Of a stretch of 64,000 nt of DNA, positions 22,901 to 32,929 are shown in pieces. Both the position numbers and the translations under genes were made by a program. Numbering within the stretch: position 1 is the stretch's first letter; each line of letters begins with the position of its first letter. The notes below the pieces were generated by a model. That model saw nothing but the letters and a program-made list of their open reading frames with translations. It was not told the DNA's origin and made no database searches. Source of the stretch: Rhizaria sp. SCN 62-66 (taxonomy: Eukaryota); contig MEDY01000041.1 in assembly GCA_001724265.1 (NCBI GenBank), forward strand, positions 1-64,000, given 5' to 3'.

Positions 22901-23861
22901 CGGCCTGGAAGTTGCGGTACACGTTGTCGATGGCGCCGACCTTGTTGACGACAGTGCGGAGCGTGTAGGACTTGCTGAGGATGACGCGGCCGATGACGTG
23001 CTTGTACGGCAGCTGTTCGTCGCGCAGGTTCACGTGCGCAATGTGCCCAATCAGCGAGTACGACTGCGGGATCGGCGTGTGCGGCGGCAGCAGCGCCGTG
23101 AGGATGTTGTCCGTGCTGAAGGACTCGTAGCCCAGAGTCAGCCGGTATGGCGCCACGGTGCAGCCCAGCGACGCCAGCACGGCCTTGATGGGGCCGGGGG
23201 CGACGCCCTGCACGTTCACCGTGTGCTGCGCGCCCGGGGCCGTCAGCGCGCGCTCCAGCGACGCGTAGTCGGTGATGTCCGTGGAGAGCAGCACACGGCG
23301 GAACGCTTGACTGCCCTGTTGGTCGTCCTTGTCAGCAGCGCTTGCAGGGTGAGTGTTGGGGCAGTGGGGCGCGTCGGCAACAACGTGCTTAATCTGCGGG
23401 ATCTGACAGCCTAGGTTGGCGGCCCTGAGCGCGTTGACGAGCGCGCTGGTGCTGCGCGCGGGCACGCGCAGCGACAGCAGCGGCACGGTCACGTTGAACG
23501 CAGAGAGGTCGAGCTCGGGAGAGTAGAAGCGCGATGGCGGCGGCGGGCGCAAGCGCGTGGGTTTGAGGACCTTGTTGACGGCGTTGTTGAAGGTGTTGAG
23601 CGCGGCGTCAGCGTTGATCAGAGCGACGTCGGCCGTGTCTGCGGCGGCAGTCGTGCTTGCGTTGACATTGTTGGGAGGGAGGAGCTTGAGGATGTGCGTG
23701 AGTGAGCCGGGGCGCACAACGCCCGTAAGCGGATTGATAAACGCGGCGGCCGCAAGGCTGGTCGCCATGGTCGTGTAGGACTCGAGCTCGGCGGAAGAGA
23801 GTGAGGGACAGAGAGACGCGACAGTCGGGTCCGTCGGAGGGGCGAAGCCGCTGGTTGACAT
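19916..23861 (-). CDS. TRM5: tRNA (guanine-37-N1)-methyltransferase Trm5, intron 22143-22272; contains an in-frame TAG at 20072-20074 (ends there if TAG is a stop)
   Basis: SYSLIGHIAHVNLR, TVVNKVGAIDNVYRNF, FDFGEVYWNSRLQTEH, DPFAGVGPFAVPAA, DLNP, FDHVIMNLP, VHCYCF and VHDVRNVAPLKQMMCISFRL. Family identity is solid; the 3' end depends on the meaning of TAG. Confidence 0.9.
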
Positions 23862-24618
23862 CGAAGTAAGGCGGAAAGTGCACTGCAACAGCAGGAGGGC
23901 GCGACAACACACACGAAAGAAGAGAGTGCGTGGAGTGGGCTCAGTGCCAAGAAAGTGCTCGAGTCGCGCGGCGGGGGGAACAGCGGCGACAAAGGTCACG
24001 CACGAAAAGAAGGTGCGGAGTTGCTACGAAGGTGTACAGCAATGTGAAAACAAGTTAGAAGATGATGAGAAATAAATTCAAGATTTATGATGAAGCATCT
24101 GTCTGAAGATCATCGTAAATTTATGCTTGACGACTGGAATGGCGAGATATGGCTCTGCGGATTTCGTCCTCCGAGCCGATGGCTTCGGCACGTCCGCAGT
24201 CACCACAAACCTCGAAAGCAGTGCCACTCACAGCATAAAAGATTGATTCGCAGAGTGAAACTGGGACTGGTGTTAATGAGAGTGAGAGAAAGTTTAGAAG
24301 AACACTTGATATGTATTATTTTATTGGCCTTAATACTTGAAATCAAAATCACCGTTCGTCAGAGCGTCTAAAGCCACAACAAACAGCGAGCAAAGGTCAC
24401 TACAAAACAGAACCATAAGTAAAGCAATTAGCACACAAGGCACTTTGTGCACCGTCTATGAAACTCAAACTTTACTATTTTTAAGCTAAGAAAACAAAAA
24501 CCAGCGAATAGTACGTTCACACACAAAAGATAAGCGCAACAAAGCATTCCCAAGGTTTGCAATGATCGCTCAGTGACTCATGTTTCGTAGGTGTAATCGA
24601 CAATGCATTGTGCGTTGC

Positions 24619-27233
24619 TCAGACCTTGGTGAGAGCGGCGACGAGCAGCGCCCAGTTGAGGAACTTGAACCCGGCCTCCTCAAGCGCGACGACCCTGGCG
24701 TGGAGGCGCTCGAACGAGGCCATGCCGCCGCGCTTGACGAGCGCGCCCATGCCCTTGGAGATCACGGTCACGGGGTCCGTCGGCAGCTCGAGCACGAGCG
24801 CATGCACGTACGCCGTAATCTCGCCTTCGAGCCGCGCAGCCAGCCCGGCGTCCTCGTCCACGGGCTTGACACGCGCGGCCGCGGCCTGCGAGGAGACGGA
24901 GAGCTCGACGGCCTCGACCAGCTCTTGTAGCGAGTCGAACCGTGCGTGCTCGGCCTCGAGCTGCATCAGCCGGCCCAACAGCACGTGCACGTCCTCGCAC
25001 GCGCGCAGCAGCGGGTCGAGCGAGGCCGGCACGACCGAGTCGACGGCGTTGCCCAGCATGCCGCGCGGCCCACACGCGTTGCTGCGCGTGAGCAGGTTGT
25101 ACACGGCCGCGCGCACGGCGTTGGGGAACGTGCCTTTCTCCTTGCATGACACGGCGATAGCGCTAGCGAGCTCGTTCATCGATGCAAAGCGGTGGCCCGC
25201 CGTCTCAAGCGCGCGGATCGTCGACAAGCAGAGCTGCAGGTCGCCGCCGGCCGCGGAGAGAAGCGCGGCGAGCCCGGCGTAGGTGCAGAGCACGGCGCCG
25301 TTGTCGCCCTCGAAGATGGCCGACTCGCCGCCCAGGAAGAGCACCAGGTCGCCCATGTCGTCGGTGAACTGCAGCACCTCGAGTGAGCCGACCTCGAAGT
25401 CGTGCTGCGGGTCCTTGAGCGCGTACACCACCGGCGGCTGCCCCACGCCCACGGGGTGGCGCAGCACCTCGATCAGGTCCACCGTCGCGCGGCCCACCAC
25501 GGGCGCGTCCGCAAGGTCCTGCGGGCCCTGGCCGACGCAGATAAGCACGTCGAAGAAGTTGGAGCTGTGTGGGGCGAAGGCCAACATGCACGCCGCCTGG
25601 TAGTCGGGGCTCAGCGCGTTGGCCACGGCGGGCGTATAAGCCACCAGCGTCGGGTCCTGCCCCGGCTCGGCCGACCACACCGCGCAGAGGGTCGAGAACT
25701 GGCCGCGCTCGCTCAGGTGCGCCGGCAGGTTCGTTGCCGAGAAGGTCACGAGCACGGGGCGCTCACCGCCCAGCTGCGCGGCCGCGGCGCGGCGCTCCGC
25801 CAGCGCGGCCTCGTCCTCCTTGCGGTACTGCTCCAGCAGGAGTCGCTCCTCCTCTTCCGCTGCGGCGGTCGCGGCGGCGGCGGCGGCAGCGGCGGCGGCG
25901 GCGGCGGCCTCGGCGTCGGCGTCGGCGGCGCTGTCGCGGAAAAAGCGCTTGCCGTGCTGGCCGCGCACGCCGGCGCTGGTGAGCGCGCTGGCACCGTTCG
26001 CGCCACCTCTGCCGTGGCCCTCGTCGTCTTCGCCGCCGCTGGGGGAGTCGCCGTCGCCCGAGAGCTGCAGCGTGGGGCCCGCGGCAATGGCGGCGGCCAC
26101 GGCCGCGGCCTCCTGCTCCTCGTCCTCGGAGTCATCCTGGATGTCCAGCATGCGGTCCACCGCAGACATGTTGGCCTGGGAAGAAAGAAAGAGAACACAA
26201 AAAACGCAAAAGAGTGTCGATATGTGTTAGGGTCAGGGTGTGAGAGTGTGAAGATAGAGCCAAAAAACATTAAGAGAGAATCGATAATAAAAACAACAAC
26301 ACATGAGTTTAAGTATAGTATCTTTAGTTGATTTGATTCAAGACATACCTGACGCGCCTCCTTCTCGGCGCGCTTCTTGGCCCTGCGGGCCTCGAACTCC
26401 TTCATCTGCTGCTCGCGGAAGCGCGCGATCTCCTCCTGCCTGGCGGCCTCCTCCGCGCGCGCCTTCTCGGCGTCGTCAGCGGCGATCTGCTTCGCCAGCG
26501 TGTCGGCCAGCGCCTTGCGTCGCGCCTCGGCGTCCATGGCCCTGCGCTTGCGCTCCTGCTCCGCGCGCGCCTTCTCCCACTCCTCCTTCTTGCGCCGCTT
26601 CTCGGCCTCGCGCTTGGCCGACTCGGCCTCCGCGCGCAGCGCCGCGGCGCGGAGCTCCTTGAGCCGCTGCGCTTCTGCGTCGAGCACCTCCATGCTCTGG
26701 CTGGGCGCCATCGGCAACAGGTGCTCACGGCCCAGCAGCGCGCCCGTCATCGCACCCTGCACCGCGCTCGAGGTCTGGAAAAAGCCGGAGGGCAGGAACA
26801 GGTTCGCCAGCGCCTCCTCCGACGCCGCGCTCGACTGCGCCAGCGGCGGCTGCGACTGGCCGGCCGCGTAGTTGCTCAGCAGCGCGCCCGCATCGCCGTC
26901 CGCGCTGCTGCCACTGCTGGCGTCGGCGCGGCCGCCCGGGAGCATGCCGAGGTGCTGCAGCGCGCAGCAGACAAAGCCGGCGGAGATGATGGCGCCGTGG
27001 TGCTTGCTGAGCTCGGCGTTGCGCTCCAGCGACGCAGCCCACTGGCGCAAGAACTCGCTGGCCAGGATGCTGTGCTGACCCGAACGGGATGAGAGGAACA
27101 TCTCGACCAGGTGGGCGACTTCTTCGTCGCTGAAGACGATTTTGAGCGAAGCGTCAGACTGCACCATGTGTGCGAAGAGGCCCAGCAGGTCGACGTACTG
27201 CAGCTCGTCGGGTGACCAGTTGATGATGTCGTA

Positions 27234-27264
<31 letters not shown>

Positions 27265-28598
27265 TGCCCGTCGTGGCTGTCGTCGTCATCGTCGTCGTCG
27301 TCCTTGAGCTCGAGATTCTCCTCCTCAAAGTTGACGTCGTCCGCCTGCACCGAGCTCCGCGACCGGCCGACGCCGTTGCCGCTGCCGTTGCTGCCCTTGC
27401 GGCCGCTGACGTGCTTGCGGCCGCCGCCGGCCGCGCGCGAGCGGTGCCCGCTCACGCCACCCGCGGCGGAGGCGTTGACGAGCCGCGCCCGGCGCGCGGC
27501 CTCATCGCGCTTCTTGCGCTCCTCGACGGCCTTGGTGGCCATTGCGGCGCTGGTGCCGCCGATATCTCCCGCGAGCCCGGCCTCCTCGCGCTCGCGGCGG
27601 ACCTCCTCCAGCACCTTGTCGCGCTCGGCCTGCGGGTCAAAGCCCACATCCGCGGCCACAATGCCGCGCATATACTCGGTGATGAGATCGCCCTCGCGCA
27701 GCCGCGCGCGCAGGCGCTGGCGCACCGATGCCGCGCACTGCTCGGCCTCGTTGCGCAGCGCCGCGCGCCGCGCCGCGTAGGCGGTAACGGCGGCCTCCAT
27801 GTGCGCCTGGTGCTCTGGCTGCACGTGCACGGCCAGCAGCTGCGTCGCTAGCCACTGCAGCAGCGGCGCCAGCTCGACCTGCACGCGGGCCTCGGTGAAG
27901 GAGCGGCCCAGCAGCGGCTGCAGGTACTGGTGCAGGCGCGCGTGGAGCTGGCGCCGGCGCACGTGGCGCGGGTCGCCGTGCGCAACGGCGTTGAGCGGGT
28001 CCTTGCTGTCGTCGGCCAGCGGCAGCGAATACTCGTTGCTAAACTTGATGCCCGAGAGCGTGCGGCGGTGCTGCTGCGCGGCGAAGGTGGAGCCGACGAC
28101 GTTGGCCTTGCGCATCGGGTGCGGCGTGACCGTCGGCGGCCGCTTCGAGGGCTCGCCGGGAAAGAACGTCGGCCGGATGCAGACCTCGTTGCACTGGTCC
28201 ATGACTTCGCGCAGCGTGACGGAGCGGACGCCGTAGGCCGTGGCGAGGATGACCGACACGGTGTCGTAGGTAACGCCGTCCTCCATCGCTTTGTCCGAGA
28301 TGGAGATCAGCCCCACGCGGTCCCAGCGGTCCAGGTCGATTTGCGGCGCCAGGTGCAGCGACTGGATGCGATTCGCCATGTTGCGCGCCATTTCGTCGCG
28401 CACGGGGATGCCCAGCAGGAACGTGCGGGACGACATGAGGATGATGTCGAGGCTGCGCAGCTGGTGCAGCGCCAGGGTCGGGCGCTCGGGGCCGGAGCCA
28501 TAGCGCACGGAGGACGCCGACGAAGAGGAAAGCGTGGAGGAGGACGACGACGTCGTGCGGTTCCGGTGGAACACACTGCGGGAGATGGTCGCGCCCAT
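24619..28598 (-). CDS. Multidomain protein: myristoylation-like N-terminus, degenerate permuted papain-like motifs, coiled coil and C2-like domain; intron 26176-26348
   Basis: The CAG|GTATGT donor and CAG|GCC acceptor join the 950-aa and 516-aa ORFs in frame. Starts MGATIS. The C2-like stretch runs VTFSATNLP...TPAVANALSPDY...VGRATVDLIEVL. TGA stop. Confidence 0.7.
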
Positions 28599-29614
28599 CG
28601 TTGCTACTGTGTCACAAGGTCAATCACAACACGTGTGCGCCTGAGGTGCTGCTGTGTATGAAGGACGGACAAACAACCGGACAGGGCGCGAGCGGCGGGG
28701 CTCGGGGTTGTCGCAGAAGAGTCGAAAAAGAGTGCGTCTCTTGTTCTGGCTCTCGAGAAGAAGAGAGGTTGAGTTGAGAGACTGTAATAAGGGAAAATGG
28801 GGAGGAGGAGTGTTATGCATGTTAGTGAGGCATAGAAGTAAAATAAAGAGTGTAAACGCGTATAGTAACAAATAACAAATCGAATACAAGAGTAAGACTG
28901 ATATAGAAATCATCTATGACCTCGCAGGGCAGAGCTATGTTGACGTTTCGGAGCGTTTGCTGAGTGAATGCACGCTCGAAGGGATGGTCTGTGTAGGACC
29001 ATGACGTTAAGCTCAGAAGACACAAAAGGAGAAAATAACAAATCGCCAATAGACTCCACAAGAAAATAGGCATGCATGCGCCGGTGTCGTCACTTAGTGG
29101 CGCTTTATCCTCTTAAAGTTCCTCCTCTCGTACGAAGTAACTGTCGTCTCTCCGACCGATGACCGTGGGCACTCCCACAGTCACTTTGACCCGATCTTTT
29201 CGTCCTTCAGTTGACACCTTTCCCATCGATGCCTTAAGTCATGCTTGCGAGTGATAATATAATCTTTGGTTTATATTTACTATCTTTAATCATTTTTTCT
29301 CCAGTCGACTCCTTCCTCGTCTTCGACCCACTTAGACTTTGCTGTGTCCCAATTTGACCACAAACGATTTCCTCAATCTTATTTCAGATCCAGCGCTTTC
29401 ACCTCACGTATGTTTCTTACTTTGATTGCTCATTCATGTTTAACACTTGTTTTCACTTTAGACACACTACTTTTCTTGCAACTACACAAGGAAATTACAA
29501 CGTAAATCCTTCCAAGGAAGTAGACAAACAGGCAACACAACCTCGAGTCTTTGTCTTCTTTCACACTGAGCACTCACGCAGAATAGCCCACAACTTGTTT
29601 AATCGCTCCGACAC

Positions 29615-30658
29615 ATGGGTAGCAAGTGCTCTACGGAGGACGCGTCCTGTAAGAAAAATCCTGGCGGCAACAGCAACAACCATAATGCGCCCGGCAACAA
29701 GCTGAAAAACGGCAACAACGCCAGCAAGCAGCAAAAGCAGCCCAGTTTCCCTCTTAAGGAGCCCGAGTTCGCCTCATTCTCCGCAAACCACTTCGGCCAG
29801 CACCCGATCCCCGCCGCGTTTTACTGCAAGCGCCTGCTGACTCGGTACCCGCGGCTCAACTTCGACCCCGACCTGTTCCAGCTCCAGGTCGCCAGCGTGC
29901 GCGAGGTGGCGCGCGACGGTAACTGTTTCTATGCCGCCTGCATCTACGCCGCCGCGGAGTTCCTTGCGAAGAACCCCACGCACGCCTTAGCCGACCAGTT
30001 TGCGCCGACATTCACCGCGTTAGCCGCCCGCGCAGAGTCCGAGTTCAACCCCCCTAGCGGGGGCAGCAACATCAGCTGCGGTGTCCGCAACAGGCGCGCG
30101 CTGCCTCCGAACGAGGACACCGGCCCGATCGACACCGCGCCCCTGCTGGCGCTGCTCCGCACTGCGCGCGAGGGCGGCACCCCCGCGCTGGCGGCCGCGC
30201 TGCCCGCGTTCCTTGCTGACGGCGGGCTGTATCATGCCGTGCGGCTCATGCGTGGCGCGCTGGCGGCGCGGCTGCGCGACTGCTACAACGACGTCTTCCC
30301 GTTCCTGCCCGAGCAATATCAGGACGGCGACGACGACGGCGGCGACTTCAACAGCGGCTTTGAGCGCTTCCTGCGGTTCGAGGTGCTGCAGATGAGCGAG
30401 AGCGCGGACAGTCTGCAGATCTACCACACGGCCGAGATGCTGCGGCCGCTCGGGCTTGGCGTCCGCGTGCTGCGCGCCGAGGGCGGCCGCGAGGAGGCCT
30501 TCCCGGAAGGCCTGGCGCCGCACAGCCCCGCGGTCACGCTCCTGCACACGCCGGGGCACTTCGAGCTCCTGTACCTGCTCTCGGAGGAGCACAGCAGCGG
30601 CCAGAATGGGGGCGATTCAGAGTTGAAGGAAGGGCTTGGTGGTGATGGTGACTTTTGA
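29615..30658 (+). CDS. Otubain-like OTU deubiquitinase (peptidase C65)
   Basis: Catalytic Cys motif REVARDGNCFY, His motif LLHTPGHFELLY, and VLQMSESAD. Single exon, TGA stop. Confidence 0.85.
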   Translation: MGSKCSTEDASCKKNPGGNSNNHNAPGNKLKNGNNASKQQKQPSFPLKEPEFASFSANHFGQHPIPAAFYCKRLLTRYPRLNFDPDLFQLQVASVREVARDGNCFYAACIYAAAEFLAKNPTHALADQFAPTFTALAARAESEFNPPSGGSNISCGVRNRRALPPNEDTGPIDTAPLLALLRTAREGGTPALAAALPAFLADGGLYHAVRLMRGALAARLRDCYNDVFPFLPEQYQDGDDDGGDFNSGFERFLRFEVLQMSESADSLQIYHTAEMLRPLGLGVRVLRAEGGREEAFPEGLAPHSPAVTLLHTPGHFELLYLLSEEHSSGQNGGDSELKEGLGGDGDF

Positions 30659-31131
30659 AATCTATATTCGTGACTAGCACAGAGTTGTTTGTTCTTGTCT
30701 CTGTCCTTGCTTTTTGTAGACGTAAATCGTTTAGTTTTTCCACAATTCAATCATCAACATAGCGGTGTGATACTGTCAGTTGCGCTGAGGCTGTGGACAC
30801 TGTTGTCACGGGTGTTGGACCAAGATTTTTGTTTTTAGGCGGCGTGACGTATGTTTTTGCGTTGCGGTGTTTGCAAGAGATCAATCCGCACATAGCTTGT
30901 CCGACGCGCTTCATGTGTCCGCAGCTACGCTTGTTAGTATAATTTAATAGCATGTGCTGCTCCGCTGTGAATGCACTTGTACAATGAATACATTTGTACA
31001 GTACAAATATAAATATAGAGTTGATTTACAATACAATGTGAGTAGCTGTAGTAATGTAATGTGTGTGATGTACATGTGATCCAACATGTCGATGAGTTCG
31101 AGAAAACATATGTCTTCCTAATTTTGTGACA

Positions 31132-31438
31132 GCGTGATGGGTATGGGTGGTCTCATTGTAACGCGTCCTTTGATCACAAAACCATCGGGAAGGTAGTTGT
31201 TATGCAAGCAATCGACGCTACGCGTGCAACGTTGAAAGATGAGCTTTTTCAGGAGGTCGAGGGCTTTGTTCGGGTACAGCTCAACGGGCAAGATGGCAAA
31301 ATGGTCACTGACAGAGTGACTGTGACTGTGCACTACGAGTCTGCGCTCCATGCACAAAGACATGCGTTGAGTGCACGCGAGGGTGCGATGACGAACGGGC
31401 TTCTGTGGATGCGCGTGCTGTCTTATTACGTTATTTAA
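31132..31438 (+). other. Orphan exon-like ORF or gene fragment (about 100 codons)
   Basis: An open frame follows a TTTTGTGACAG acceptor-like site (RDGYGWSH...SYYVI-TAA). Its GC content is lower than in neighbouring genes and no upstream exon was found. Confidence 0.25.
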
Positions 31439-31890
31439 TTCTCTGCAATGCAACTAAGTGAGACTCAAAGACATGCCAAGTTGAGCAAAGAGCGATCGTC
31501 AGTGATTGTAGGTGTATTTATAGGTCGACGCAATGAACAGTAAGATGAATATTTGTTTGAGTTCGCCCTAAAGAGCGAGAATACACTACTAAACTAAAAA
31601 TCCCATTGTAGAGCGCACGAATACATTGTAGTTATGTATTGTTTGTTCATATTTACACAAAGACTTCGATACACACACAAATAATCAGTGTGGCCTCAAG
31701 AATCGAGCCGATTCTAAGTCAGAGCAGGCGCCTCAAGAGCTCGACACCAGTGCAGTTCGTTGACAAGTAGTATCGTCAACTTATTAGAAACACGAGCTCA
31801 TACATAGCTCTGGTTGGCTGTTGTTCAGCCACTTCAATCCTCACGGTCATTAGTCAGTACGTATTCATTCGCGCTCGTGAACCAGCCGCG

Positions 31891-32490
31891 TCACTTGCGC
31901 TTGATGAGGAAGTACATGCCCATGAAGAGCGCGAAGATGAACAACACCAGGTAGCACATGTAGCTCCCGCCGCCCGACTCGAGCAGCTTGGTGACCTTCT
32001 TGAGCGTCTGCGTCATGGCGCCACCCGCCGTGGTGAACGCGTCATCGACGTCGTCCAGGTAGCTCGACTTGGACTCCTTTCCGATCTCGATCGTGAGCTG
32101 CCGCAGCACGCCCACCTTGTCGTTCAGCTCGTCGATGAGCTCGTCGTTAGCCTCCTCATACAGCCGGTCGTGGCGCTCCTGCACCGCGCGCCGCTGCCGC
32201 TGCGGGTCGTGGGCCAAGTGACTGTATGCACCGCTGCTACCACTGACGGCGCCAGCGCCAGCGCCGAGGCCGGAGCCCGAGGAGGAGACGAAGGCGTTCT
32301 GGGCACTGCGCTGGCGCGGGTCGCTCGGGGAAGGACCAAAGAGGCTGCTGCCGTAGCTGTGCGGGGGAAAAAACGAACAAAGCGGAGAAGGACAAAGAAA
32401 TGCAATGTTAGACAGGAACGGAAGTGAGTGATCGCTAAATGGGGAGAGTTCGTCGCACAAAGAAAAGAAAGAGACGTACGAATCACCCAT
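31891..32490 (-). CDS. BET1: Qc-SNARE Bet1/Sft1-like protein, 2 exons (32490-32480, 32356-31891)
   Basis: SNARE motif EEANDELIDELNDKVGVLRQLTIEIGKE and a C-terminal transmembrane helix YMCYLVLFIFALFMGMYFLIKRK. Intron is GTACGT..CAG. Confidence 0.85.
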   Translation of the reverse strand: MGDSYVSFFSLCDELSPFSDHSLPFLSNIAFLCPSPLCSFFPPHSYGSSLFGPSPSDPRQRSAQNAFVSSSGSGLGAGAGAVSGSSGAYSHLAHDPQRQRRAVQERHDRLYEEANDELIDELNDKVGVLRQLTIEIGKESKSSYLDDVDDAFTTAGGAMTQTLKKVTKLLESGGGSYMCYLVLFIFALFMGMYFLIKRK

Positions 32491-32929
32491 AGTATAGAAG
32501 ATAACAACTACCGAGGTTGTGTTATGGAGGCCTTAGAGACAAGGCAAGAAGGATCGAAGAGCTGGAGAGAGGAGGGAAGCGAAGGATGACGAAGCAGGAA
32601 CGTGGTGTTTAAGGTGAGTTGTGAAAAGTGCTCGGACGAGAACGAGATCAATACCAGATATGAATTAATAAGAATATAATGTTATCGATAGTAGAAGAAA
32701 TTGCATGAAGCAGAAAACCTCGAGATTAACGGTCATTGGATGGCATGCGACTTTGGGAAAGTCGGGGCAAGCGACGTGACACAGCTGGTGGCTGGAACCG
32801 GGGCTGTGGTTGGCGCCTTGCTGCATTTACTTCATCGAGCTCGTTCACCATCAAAAGTCCGTCTCCAAGTTTAAACACAAGAAAACTACGATAAAAAGGT
32901 TGAATTTCTGACTGTTGTTAAATTACTTC

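Noticed and set aside
25746-26348. C-terminal ~200 aa of the 950-aa ORF
   Set aside because: Read-through of an AT-rich intron into the wrong frame; splicing joins the ORF to the 516-aa ORF instead.
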